From contig CAJNOQ010001136.1 in NCBI GenBank assembly GCA_905250885.1, positions 1-35,407 of the forward strand: 35,407 nucleotides of DNA. The letters run 5' to 3'. A model generated the notes under the pieces. The model made no database searches. It had not been told where the DNA came from and worked only from the letters and a program-made list of their open reading frames with translations. The position numbers and the translations under genes are program-made. Source of the stretch: Didymodactylos carnosus. Taxonomy: Eukaryota. Shown here piece after piece: positions 20,448 to 30,177 of the stretch (positions within the stretch are counted from its first letter, which is position 1; each line of letters begins with the position of its first letter).

Positions 20448-23400
20448 GTAAGCCCCGGACTATTGTGACTGAACAAAAATAGTTATCGCACTCATGCAGA
20501 ATGTCAATTAAAAAAATATCTGATATGGGACCTGGAAGACCTTAAATAATAATGTAAATATTCATCATATTGATGCTGAAGCCATGTTTTTCTGATTTTT
20601 TAAGGCTGTGACTCCCTTAAAAGTGATTGAACCGAATTGTGCATTACGTTTACGAGCTGTGCTAGATTTTGTTGATGAGGCTGGAACTCCAATTAAAGCT
20701 GGTGATGAATGGCTATTTGAAGGACCAGGTAAGATAAACATGTTCATAAAAATTTCTTAATATCTACGAGTAATAAGGAAACAACAATCTGCCGATGATA
20801 GACCTAATTTTCTGATCGTCAACAACGGCACATCTCTTTTTATTCCGTCATTCTTTTAGCGATCTTCGCCAGTATCATTGTTTTTTTTTGTTTTCTTAGG
20901 CACCTATTATCCTCGAAAAGAAGTTGCCGTTGAAGAACAAATAAAAGCTACGATTTTGAAACCCACTGAAGCTGTTCGATTACGTGCAAAAAAAGAAATG
21001 ATTGATCGTGATGGTCAACCTCGTGAAACCGGTGAAGAATGGTTAAATAGAACGACTGGCTCTTACCTACCATTGGCTACCGAAGAAGTTGTCAAAGTTG
21101 TTCAGCCAATTGTATTAACAGATAAAGTAAGCAAATAAGATTAGCGAGATGTTTTGTTTTTGCTAAGAGAAATTATAAACATTTTTTTTTGCTGTTTAGA
21201 AAGCAGTTCACCTTCGAGCGATACGTACGTTTAAAGATACTTTTGGTAATAAACGTTTACATGGTGAAGAATGGTTAATATATGCCAAAGATACCGAGAC
21301 ATACATACCAGATGTTTATGAAGAAGTTGTTGGAGATATCATGGTGACAGCATTAACTTCACGACAATACTGTGTTATTTTGGATCCAGTGGGTAAAAAC
21401 GGAAAGCCACAATTAGGAAGAAAAGAACTTGTCAGAGTAAGTTGATTCGCTGTTTTTGTGACAATACAATTATTCTCAATTATTTGTCGCTTTTCAGGGT
21501 GAAAAAACATTTTTCTTACAACCGGGTGAGAAATTGGCAAAAGGTATCCAAGATATCTATGTATTAGAGGAAGATGAAGGACTTATTTTAAAATGTACCG
21601 AAGCGTTTAAAGAAGATGGAGTAAGTCTTCTAACACAATGATTATTAGTCTGAGTACCATTTATAATATCCATCTTCTCTCTCTTAGAAAATTATTCGAT
21701 CACCCGGTGATCGATGGATGATTCGTGGTCCAAAAGATTACATACCAGCTGTTGAATCTGAAGTTGTTTTACGCCGTAAAGCCATTCCATTGGATGTTAA
21801 TGAAGGCATATATGTACGTGATGTAAAAACGGGTAAAATTCGATCTGTAATTGGCAATACGTATTTACTAACGGAAAATGAAGAATTATGGGAAAAAGAA
21901 TTGCCAGTACAAACGGAACAATTATTAAATTTGGATCCAAGATATTTTGAAGACACTGAAAAACAACAACAACAACAAGCTCTCATACCACCACGAGACA
22001 AATCGAAAGTAATTACTTATAGAGTACCACATAATGCTGCCGTTCAAATGTACGATTATAAAGCAAAGAAAGCACGAATTGTATTCGGACCAGAATTAGG
22101 TAAACGAAGAACGCTTTTTGTTTCGTAAAGGAAATTTCATTACTATTTCTCGTTTATATCTGTAGTTATGCTTGGTCCAGATGAACAATTTACAGTGCTT
22201 AATTTGTCTGGTGGTAAACCCAAATTTCCAAATCGCATTCGTGCGATCTGCTTACTATTGGGACCGGAATTTTCATCGGATATTGTTACTATTGAATCAG
22301 CTGATCATGCACGTTTATCATTGAAACTGTCTTATAAGTAAGGATACAGCAATTTATTCTTAGATATTTATTCTCATTCTCCACTCTTTTTGTTTCAGTT
22401 GGCATTTTGATATTAAACATGACGATAATGAAAAAGTAGTTGCAAGTATATTTTCCGTACCGGATTTTATTGGTATGTGCTAAGATCATGTCTGATATTA
22501 AGTAATTGATAATACCTTCTTTTTTTAACAGGCGATTTTTGTAAAGCAATTGCAGCTAGAATTCGAGGTGCAGTAGCTGGTGTTAATTTCGATGATTTTC
22601 ATAAAGTAAGTGGTTGTTTCATGCAAGTAAACTGACAGAGAAGCGTTTTAGAAATACATTGGTGATTAGACCTCGAAAAGAGTTTTGACTAAGAGATTCA
22701 CATACTGATGGTCAGTTTACATACAACTTAGATAGTTTGTCAAATTGTCATGAATTTTTGGCCAAATTTTTGCTTAATTTAAAAAAATAACATATTGAAT
22801 TATTTATTTTGTGTATATTTTCCATTTAGAATTCAGCGCGAATAATTCGTGCTAGTGTATTTGGCATAGAAAAAGGCACATCAAAAGTGAATAATCGTTT
22901 TGTGTTTGCCCAAAATAATTTAGTATTAACATCCATTGACATCCAATCAGTTGAACCTGTTGATCAACGTACTCGAGAGGCTTTGCAAAAAAGTGTACAA
23001 TTAGCCATTGAAGTGCGTACTTACTAAATGAAAATACTTAAAATAATTTTGATTTGTTGTTTTCGTTTTAGATTACTACAAATTCACAAGAAGCCCATGC
23101 CAAGTAAGTTAATCATTCTTCTCAAATACATTCTTTTAACGATTACAAGATTTGCATAATTCACTTTCTGTTTAGGCATGTTGCTGAAAAAACTGAACAA
23201 GAAGCTCGTGGTCATTTGGAACGACAAAAAATTCATGATGAAGCTGAAGGTAACAATGCACTCTATTAATTATTTCTCCTAAATGTTTCTTTTGTTCATA
23301 TAGCTGAGAAAGAACGTCGTAATTTGTTGTTATTGAATGCATTATCTGCTGCTGTTGAAGCAACGGGACAAGCGAAAGCCGAAGCTCAAAGTCGTGCAGA

Positions 23401-23931
23401 ATCAGCGAAAATTGAAGGTAACATCCATCTCCTGGATAATAACTAATAGCTCTAATTTTATTGTTATTTTTGTAGGTGAAGCAGCTGTTGATACCGCTCG
23501 TCTTCGTGCTGAAGCATCTAGAATTGAAGCTGAAGTTGAATTATATCGTTTAACAAAAGCACGTGAATTAGAATTAGAATATTCAAAACTAACATCTGAA
23601 TTAGAAGTTGATCGAGCACAACGCATGACAAATATTGAAATAGAAGAATTTCAAAAACATGTTGCAGCTATTGGGGCAAAAACCATTCAAGGTGAACTTG
23701 TTGATCTGCACTACTATAACATCATTCTACAACTATATATTTTTTTTTTCAGCAATTGCCACATCTGGTCCAGATATGCAAGTAAAATTATTACAATCAT
23801 TAGGTATCAAATCAACATTAATCACAGATGGTCGATCGCCTATAAATTTGTTTAATACAGCCATGAGTATGGTTGGTAATATCCAACAACCAACTTCCGC
23901 AACATCGTCCTTACTTTCAACAACCAATTAA
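20121..23931 (+). CDS. MVP: Gene span: major vault protein paralog A (15 exons, 2568 nt CDS, ~855 aa)
   Basis: Spliced translation aligns along its whole length to major vault protein. Exon 1 ORF: [47 protein letters not shown]...HYCVIENP...[12 protein letters not shown]. Later exons code [92 protein letters not shown] and the stop. All 14 introns are GT-AG (59-180 bp) and phase-consistent. Confidence 0.92.
20605..20728 (+). CDS. MVP: MVP-A exon 2 ([42 protein letters not shown])
   Basis: Acceptor ttttttaAG (20603-20604). Donor CCAG|GTAAGA (GT at 20729-20730), phase 1. Confidence 0.85.
20900..21126 (+). CDS. MVP: MVP-A exon 3
   Basis: Acceptor ttttcttAG (20898-20899). Donor AAA|GTAAGC (21127-21128). 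Matches ORF 20878-21138. Confidence 0.85.
21200..21436 (+). CDS. MVP: MVP-A exon 4 ([11 protein letters not shown]...[23 protein letters not shown])
   Basis: Acceptor gctgtttAG (21198-21199). Donor AGA|GTAAGT (21437-21438). 237 nt, phase 0/0. Confidence 0.85.
21498..21620 (+). CDS. MVP: MVP-A exon 5 ([41 protein letters not shown])
   Basis: Acceptor cgcttttcAG (21496-21497). Donor GGA|GTAAGT (21621-21622). Confidence 0.85.
21688..22099 (+). CDS. MVP: MVP-A exon 6
   Basis: Acceptor tctcttAG (21686-21687). Donor TTAG|GTAAAC (GT at 22100-22101), phase 1. Matches ORF 21718-22128. Confidence 0.85.
22166..22337 (+). CDS. MVP: MVP-A exon 7 ([21 protein letters not shown]...[12 protein letters not shown]-)
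   Basis: Acceptor atctgtAG (22164-22165). Donor AA|GTAAGG (22338-22339), phase 2. This avoids the in-frame TAA. Confidence 0.85.
22399..22472 (+). CDS. MVP: MVP-A exon 8 ([26 protein letters not shown])
   Basis: Acceptor tgtttcAG (22397-22398). Donor G|GTATGT (22473-22474). Confidence 0.85.
22532..22605 (+). CDS. MVP: MVP-A exon 9 ([25 protein letters not shown])
   Basis: Acceptor ttttttaacAG (22530-22531). Donor AAA|GTAAGT (22606-22607). Confidence 0.85.
22830..23012 (+). CDS. MVP: MVP-A exon 10 ([12 protein letters not shown]...[20 protein letters not shown])
   Basis: Acceptor tccatttAG (22828-22829). Donor GAA|GTGCGT (23013-23014). Confidence 0.85.
23062..23093 (+). CDS. MVP: MVP-A exon 11 (32-nt micro-exon [11 protein letters not shown])
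   Basis: Acceptor tcgttttAG (23060-23061). Donor AA|GTAAGT (23094-23095). Confidence 0.8.
23176..23249 (+). CDS. MVP: MVP-A exon 12
   Basis: Acceptor ctgtttAG (23174-23175). Donor GAAG|GTAACA (23250-23251). Confidence 0.85.
23304..23417 (+). CDS. MVP: MVP-A exon 13 ([39 protein letters not shown])
   Basis: Acceptor ttcatAG (23302-23303). Donor GAAG|GTAACA (23418-23419). Confidence 0.85.
23476..23691 (+). CDS. MVP: MVP-A exon 14 (coiled-coil cap-helix region)
   Basis: Acceptor ttttgtAG (23474-23475). Donor CAAG|GTGAAC (23692-23693). Part of ORF 23337-23855. Confidence 0.85.
23753..23931 (+). CDS. MVP: MVP-A exon 15 (...[43 protein letters not shown]..., stop TAA 23929-23931)
   Basis: Acceptor ttttttttcAG (23751-23752). 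Matches ORF 23659-23931. Confidence 0.88.
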
Positions 23932-25989
23932 ATAGCATTACTGACAATTTTTTAGAATTTTGTATAACCTTTTTTCTTTTTCTTTTTAATGACACAGACT
24001 GAAGAGAAAGAGATGGAAGCAACGTCTTCCACAGCGTGAGAGTGTCAGATGTATGTTACATGTTTTGTTTTTTATCATGACAGTGATATGTATTGTTTAA
24101 TGTTTTATTATTGTTGTTTTATTTCAGTACACTTATGTTGTAGTACTTTTCTTTATTTGTACGTATTTGTTTCTTTTTTTGTAGCAATTTTGTTTTATTG
24201 CTTTTTTATTCATAGAACTCATTCATATAAAAACAAAATTTGGATTCAATATCAGCATATATCGATGATTAAGCATTTGTATGTTCGCAAATGACAGAGT
24301 TGGTAATAACCATAGCTGAAGAATGAGTGAGTTCCATAGAGATCATACCGATGTGTACACAACCTCTGTAGCTGAAAAGTTGAAAACTCTGTTTAAGTGA
24401 AAGACCATACAGGATTAACAAAACTGCACATTGAAACTATTCGAAACTGTTGGCATCAAATTTGGTTCGATATTCACTTTTCAGTTCTTACGTTTGTTTA
24501 GCATGAACAACACCCAATTAATTTTCTGCAGTAGTGGTGAAAAGGGATCTTTAAAACTAAATGGAGTTTGATACAAAAGATTTACAGAAATGTTAAACTG
24601 CTTCTCGTGTTCCATTGTTTCAAAAACGATTAGATAAAGGTAATATTACTTGAGAAAAAAATGAAAAATCGAACATAATAATAATACTGCGAAATCGCCT
24701 TTGTACCCTCTAGTCGACTGCCCTAAAATCATTAGATTCATTATTAAATTGAGGTCCAAAATTTCGAATATTATTGAAATTCTTTGTTTTTACCAACTTC
24801 GGCCTCGATTTTTTTCTTAAAAAATTGAAAGTCTAAAGATTGCTCCCACATACTTCAAAAAAAAGTGTTTACTGTCTATTTGTTTTTCTTCAGTGACTAA
24901 TGTGTTGTCATGGTAATGGAAAAAACATACGAATAATAAATAAATGCTACACGCGACTTCGCCGTTTTGATCACAATAATCACGTTAAAAGACAAATTCA
25001 TTATATGTATTTCTGATTCGTTTCATCCGAAAAAAAGTAGAAGGAACGCGAAGTAAATCGTGAATGTTGATGCAAATACAATCACAAAACAAAAACAAAA
25101 AGTAATCGAAATTAAGGTGAAAACACAAAGACAAATGTGTTTCACTTTTCGTGAGGAGCAAAGAGATAACCCCAGATTATTTCGATCGATAAAAAAAATG
25201 ACCTTGAAAGATGAATGAAACACCCACATAAGACTGTAAGGTGAACATCAGTGAAAATAAGAGATATCTAGTTGTTATATCATATCATCTTAATTTTCAA
25301 AAATTTAAATTACGCTGAAATTGTCACTGTTTTCTTTGCTAAGTTTATTGTTTCACTAGTTGTACTGTGCAGAATAATTATAGCTGCAAACACTCATATC
25401 ATTCAAGAATTTTCACCTTGAAGCTGCTCTTATCAAAAAATATACTCTAGTTTTGCAAAGAAAATATTTTTTTCATCATTACAAAATTGTGCTGAGAAGA
25501 AACATCGTATTCAATTAAAACTTTTAAAGCGCACAAAAAATATATTTTTGTTTTTTCCATCAGATTGGCACAATCAGAGTCATATGCATGTTGTGTGAAG
25601 GCATGAACGGGCATATGTGAATATGTTGGAATAAGACTAATGAATAAATAAAATAGCTATAACTCAAAACAAGTTCACATGTATGTTCCATATCATCTTA
25701 ATTTAGTTTTTTAAAAGGTCTGAGACGCGAGCGAAAATTTTCAAACATGAAATATCAGTCAGAAAAAAGAAACAAATTTAGATGAGATGATGTATCTATG
25801 TGAATATGGTAAAGCCATCGTCCTCTCCCTGCAGATATTTGTTCGCTCTAATTTCATTATTTTCTCTGTTTAACGTACAGTAAAAACATTTCACTTTGTT
25901 AGTTCAAAAACATATTACAAGATATGACTCTCTGATAAACTACAACTTGATCTGATCTCCGACTTTATTTGCAAGTTTGTACTACTATC

Positions 25990-26400
25990 CATTTCAAAAT
26001 ATAGTATGGGTGATTGCGACATGTGAGCGGAATGAGCTATCGAGACCGGGTTTTCGCCATCGTGTAGCCAAGGCCGGGACACATAGTAATATGTAGAAAT
26101 CAAAATGTTTGCGTCTATCGCTGGAGGATTTCTAAGTGGATCTCTGGAAAATCAGCTTATCATTCCAGAGTTTTGCATAGAAATCTATCAATTTTTTTTC
26201 ATATATGGATAGTCCAAGGTGTTCTCTACAAAACCAGATCCAAGTGACATCTCGAAAAGCCATGGTTCGGGAGCTATGGGCGTTTTTCTTGAAGCCTTAC
26301 GACCCCTCTGTCGTTAGGCTTAATGAAAACATAGGTCACCGACTATGCTGAATTCGGTGGCAACATTTGTTTTTCAAAACACTTCCCAAAATCTAGTGGA
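25990..26400. mobile_element. Degenerate second copy (inverted) of the 16095-16822 MITE family, in the MVP-A/MVP-B intergenic region
   Basis: rc(26190-26330) contains CCATGGCTTTTCGAGAT and GGACTATC..GATTTTCCAGAGATC blocks, which match 16500-16700 of the MITE. 26049-26085 ATCGAGACCGGGTTTTCG...GTAGCCAAGG matches the MITE sub-terminal ATCGAGAAACGGTTTTCG...TATGGCCAAG. The TIR itself is eroded. Confidence 0.5.
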
Positions 26401-26782
26401 AACGTACATTAGGTGAAATACCAATTCTGTCTAGTTTTGAGTAAATTCAAAAATTCATAACTCAGTCAAGATCAATTCAAGTTGTCATATTTAAGTTATT
26501 TATTTTCTGTTATAAACTTAAATTTGCACTAAAAACACGTTTTTTTAATAATGAAAACGAAACGAGACTAAAAACAAACAAAAAACGAGACACAAGAACA
26601 GAGATCAAAATGCACATCACATTTTTTTACGAAATAAAAATAACATACAGTATAAGAGATAGAGTACAACAATAAAAATAGCCAAACATAAATGTTTAGG
26701 AGTGTATAAGGACGGAGAAGCTGAAGCTTCTTTATCGTATATATTGGTTGTCATCGAGAATCGTGGATACTAGAATGTTTTT

Positions 26783-27250
26783 TTAAAGAGCACCAGCTCC
26801 ACCACCTAATAAACTTTGACCAAAACCCATGAGATTTATTGGACTACGACCATCTGTAATTAATGTTGATTGTAAGCCAAGTGCTTGTAACAGTTTTACT
26901 TGTGTTTCTGGGCCCGATGTGGCAATAGCTTGGATTGTATCTGCACCAATGGCTTCTACTTGTAGTTGAAATTTCTCAATTTCTATTTTTGAGATGTTTT
27001 GTTTTTTATTTATTTCAAGCTCATTAGATTCTCGCAAAAATTTAATTTCTGCTTCACGTGCTAATTTCAAACGTTCTAATTCGGCTTCGGCTTCAATTTT
27101 CGTTGCCTCAGCTTTTAAACGTGCTTGTTCAACGGCTGCTTCGCCTTCAATACGTGTTGATTCTGCACGACTCTGAGCTTCGGCTTTGGCTTGACCAGTG
27201 CTCTCAACGGCAGCGGACAGCGCTTGTAATTCCAAAAGAGCTTTACGAAC
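26783..27250 (-). CDS. MVP: MVP-B exon 10 (equivalent to A exons 13-15; stop at 26785-26783)
   Basis: Acceptor tgtatatAG (27252-27251). Continuous with ORF 26783-27235. Confidence 0.85.
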   Translation of the reverse strand, partial: VRKALLELQALSAAVESTGQAKAEAQSRAESTRIEGEAAVEQARLKAEATKIEAEAELERLKLAREAEIKFLRESNELEINKKQNISKIEIEKFQLQVEAIGADTIQAIATSGPETQVKLLQALGLQSTLITDGRSPINLMGFGQSLLGGGAGAL

Positions 27251-30177
27251 CTATATACACAAAAAGAGAAAGAAGTTAGCTTAGTTAAAGCAAATCTTTC
27301 ATATGTTAATTTGCGTCTTTCAAGGAAACTATTCTACTAGCAAAATCATAACTTATAATTTTTACTTCAAATATAGTTAACCCATGCAACGTTCCACAAA
27401 TCAGTGCGAAGAGCACTTATTAATCGCGATGCAGTACTTACTTCTTCGGCTCCCGCTTCATCTTTAATTCGTTGACGTTCCAATAAGCCTTTTGCTTCTT
27501 GTTCACGTCTTGAAGCTTCATGTTTAGCACTCGCTTCCTGACTCATTGTGGTTATCTACAAGAAAAACTTTAAATAAGTATTTTGTATTCGCTAAAAAAA
27601 CGGATAGCATTTACTTCAATGGCTAATTGTACACTCTTCTGCAACGCATCTCGAGTGCGTTGATCGACCGGTTCAGCTGACTGGATATCGATGGATGTTA
27701 TAACTAAGTTATTTTGTGGAAATACAAAACGATCACGAACACGGGTCTGAGGCACTGATTGTTTATCAGTGGATGCTGTTGTTTCCGGTATAACTTCTAA
27801 ACCAAATACACTAGCACGAATGATATTGGCTGAGTTTTTATGAAAATCGTCAAACTGAACACCAGCAACTGCACCACGAATTCGGCTAGCAATAGCTTTA
27901 GCGGCATCACCTAAACAAAGGCATCTAAAGGTAACAACTGATCAACATGAGAAAAGAAGATAAACTAACCAACAAAATCAGGTACACTAAATAATTTTGC
28001 CCCTTCTTTCTCATCGGTACGATCATTGATATCGAAGAACCAACTGAAATTAAGGAAACTCGCATGAATGTTGAGAGATGATGTTTTCATCTGACTTACT
28101 TGTAAGATAACTGAAGTGATAGTCTAGCATGATCAGCTGTTTCAATAACGATGACATCGGTAAAAAAATCTGGGCCCAATAGTAATGCCAATGATTTGAT
28201 TTGATTTGGTTTTTTTGGAGTAGATCCAGAGAGATTGATTAATGTGAAATGTTCATCAGGTCCCAACATGACTAATTCAGGTCCAAAAACAATTCTCGAA
28301 TGTTTTGCTTTGTAATCGTAGACTTGTACGGCTGCATTATGTGGAACACGATATGTAACTACTTTGGATTTATCACGTTTTGATGATTGTGATGCTGACG
28401 AAGTTGTTTTGCTATCTGAATCTTTTACTTTAACATTTCTGTCGGCTAATGGATCTCTTAATAGTAACTGTTCAACTTGTGGTGGTAATTCTTTATCCCA
28501 CAGTTCTTCATCTTGCGTTAACATGTACGTTTGACCAACGACCGCTCGAACACGACCGCTTTTAATATCACGAACATAGATACCTTCATTTTCATCTGAA
28601 TAAAATACACAATAGGTCAGAAATAGCCTATAATAACAGAAGAATAACAGTCAACTTACCTAAAGGTATTGCTTTTCTTCTCAGTAGTACTTCGACTTGT
28701 GTTGGTGGTATATATTCTCTTGGTCCTCTTATCATCCATCTGTCACCTGAAAAAATTCAAATATTTTTTAGAAATAATCAATAATCAGTCAAGTCATAGA
28801 CTTGATTTTTTATAAGAAAGCATCGATAGTTCATCTACATTAAAATCGATATTTTACTACCCTGTGCAAACCACTGACAATAAGCCAAATCTCTTCGTCC
28901 TACCTGGCATACGTGGCCCTTGATCTTTTTCGTCGTCATCGAATGATTCAATACATTTCAATATAACACCTTCGTCTTCGCCCAATATGTATACATCTTG
29001 AATTCCTTTTTCTAATCGTTCACCAGGTTGTAGAAAAAATGATTTTTCGCCAACAACTAATTTCTTTTTACCCAACTGATTTTTACCATCAGCTAAAAAA
29101 GAAGTCATGAACAATTATAATCTCTCACTCACCGTTATACATTTAACGATCTTACCTGAAACTGGATTTAAAATGACACAATATTGTCGTGAATTGAGCG
29201 TTGTTACATCAACATTGGCTACAAGTTCTTCATAAACATTTAGAATATGTGTTTCAGTTTGTTCTGTTGTCAATAACCATTCGTCACCATTTTTTCGTTG
29301 TTGACCGAAATCATCTGTGAATGTTTTTAGTGCACGTAGATGCAAAGCTCTTTTATCTGTTAGAACGTAAGCATTTTCAACGTTGACCACTGTTTCATAA
29401 GCCAATGGTAAATAGGCACCCGATTTTTTAACTAACCAGTTTTCACCGGTTACACGACGTTGACCCATTCGATCAATTATTTCTTTTTTAGCACTTAAAC
29501 GTATTGCTTGATTTGTACCAATCACAGTAGCACGAATTTGTTCTTCAACAGATACTTCTTTGCGTGGTGTGTAAGTTCCTAATAAACAAAGTTAGACGAT
29601 CAATGGTACTGAATGAATGTTTGATAAATATAAAGTTATTTACCTGGTCCTTCAAATAGCCATTCATCTCCTGCTTTTCGTTGCTCTCCATTATCATCAA
29701 AATCCAAAACAGCTTTTAATCTTAATGCGGAATTAGCCACAACATGTTTCAACGGTGTAACAGGCTAGAATTATGGAAACAGTTACTACCCAAAAACACC
29801 TTTAATAGTATAGACATTCAATGTACCTGTCTTAAAATTTCACCAGGATACAAGGGAAATGGTTCTTTATAATCTTTTTCAAGTCTTATATCTAAATCGG
29901 CATGTGATAATCTTGCTTGGCCATTTTGGTCAAACTGTACTACTCCAGCTTCATTTTTCACCACAGGATTTTCAACAACACAGTAGTGTCTTGGTGGTAC
30001 AGTGATCATTTTCTCCGGTCCAATGGTAACTGTTTCATTATCTTGTTTAATAAATGTTTTTGGTCCCAATTCCAATCGTGATACATTGGTATTTTGATCC
30101 AACACATGAATATAATAATATGGTGGAATACGATAAACGGGACCCGTCTGAGGTGCTGAACTTTTGGAAGACGACAT
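26783..30177 (-). CDS. MVP: Gene span: major vault protein paralog B (10 exons, 2619 nt CDS, ~872 aa)
   Basis: Minus-strand ATG at 30177. Spliced translation: [42 protein letters not shown]...GEILRQ | [41 protein letters not shown] | TYTPRKEV...YCVILNPVS | [25 protein letters not shown]... | [14 protein letters not shown]...IPL | [39 protein letters not shown]...[13 protein letters not shown]...LSYN | [25 protein letters not shown] | [31 protein letters not shown]...AIE | [14 protein letters not shown]... | [19 protein letters not shown]...[33 protein letters not shown]...*. It is MVP along its full length, and in the [11 protein letters not shown]...[14 protein letters not shown] region it is closer to vertebrate MVP than copy A is. 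Confidence 0.9.
27442..27555 (-). CDS. MVP: MVP-B exon 9 ([38 protein letters not shown]; equivalent to A exons 11+12)
   Basis: Acceptor ttcttgtAG (27557-27556). Donor GAA|GTAAGT (27441-27440). Confidence 0.8.
27615..27910 (-). CDS. MVP: MVP-B exon 8 (equivalent to A exons 9+10)
   Basis: Acceptor ttgtttAG (27912-27911). Donor GAA|GTAAAT (27614-27613). In frame with ORF 27570-27755. Confidence 0.82.
27970..28043 (-). CDS. MVP: MVP-B exon 7 ([26 protein letters not shown])
   Basis: Acceptor aatttcAG (28045-28044). Donor G|GTTAGT (27969-27968). 74 nt, the same length as A exon 8. Confidence 0.8.
28100..28595 (-). CDS. MVP: MVP-B exon 6 (equivalent to A exons 6 (part) + 7)
   Basis: Acceptor ttttattcAG (28597-28596). 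Donor AA|GTAAGT (28099-28098), which avoids the TAA at 28098-28096. In frame with ORF 28096-28524. Confidence 0.82.
28660..28746 (-). CDS. MVP: MVP-B exon 5 ([28 protein letters not shown]-)
   Basis: Acceptor ttttttcAG (28748-28747). Donor TTAG|GTAAGT (28659-28658). Confidence 0.8.
28904..29092 (-). CDS. MVP: MVP-B exon 4 ([64 protein letters not shown])
   Basis: Follows a 63-bp phase-1 intron (29093-29155) that contains an in-frame TAA. Acceptor ttttttAG (29094-29093). Donor CCAG|GTAGGA (28903-28902), supported by the conserved PGDRW across the junction. Confidence 0.75.
29156..29578 (-). CDS. MVP: MVP-B exon 3 (equivalent to exons 3+4 of copy A, no internal intron)
   Basis: Acceptor ttattAG (29580-29579). 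Donor TCAG|GTAAGA (GT at 29155-29154). In frame with ORF 29115-29525. Confidence 0.82.
29644..29764 (-). CDS. MVP: MVP-B exon 2
   Basis: Acceptor ctAG at 29766-29765. Donor CCAG|GTAAAT (GT at 29643-29642), phase 1. Confidence 0.82.
29827..30177 (-). CDS. MVP: MVP-B exon 1
   Basis: ATG 30177-30175. Donor CAG|GTACAT (GT at 29826-29825). Matches ORF 29818-30177. Confidence 0.88.

Noticed and set aside
23337-23931. Overlapping ORFs 23337-23855 and 23659-23931 (+)
   Set aside because: They are not separate genes. They are read-through of MVP-A exons 13-15 across introns in two frames.
24464-24485. Vault-RNA / pol III-like element (GGTTCGATATTCAC...TTTT) between the MVP genes
   Set aside because: Only a box-B-like heptamer plus a T-run. 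There is no acceptable box A 30-60 nt upstream and no tRNA-like fold that I can see. Kept only as a suggestion for a covariance-model scan.
29115-29117. In-frame stop between ORFs 29115-29525 and 28857-29114 (possible pseudogenisation of MVP-B)
   Set aside because: The stop lies inside a 63-bp GT...AG intron (29093-29155), TCAG|GTAAGA ... TTTTTTAG|CT. Removing the intron joins ...[12 protein letters not shown]..., which aligns to the conserved PVGPDGKNQLG, so the gene is intact.
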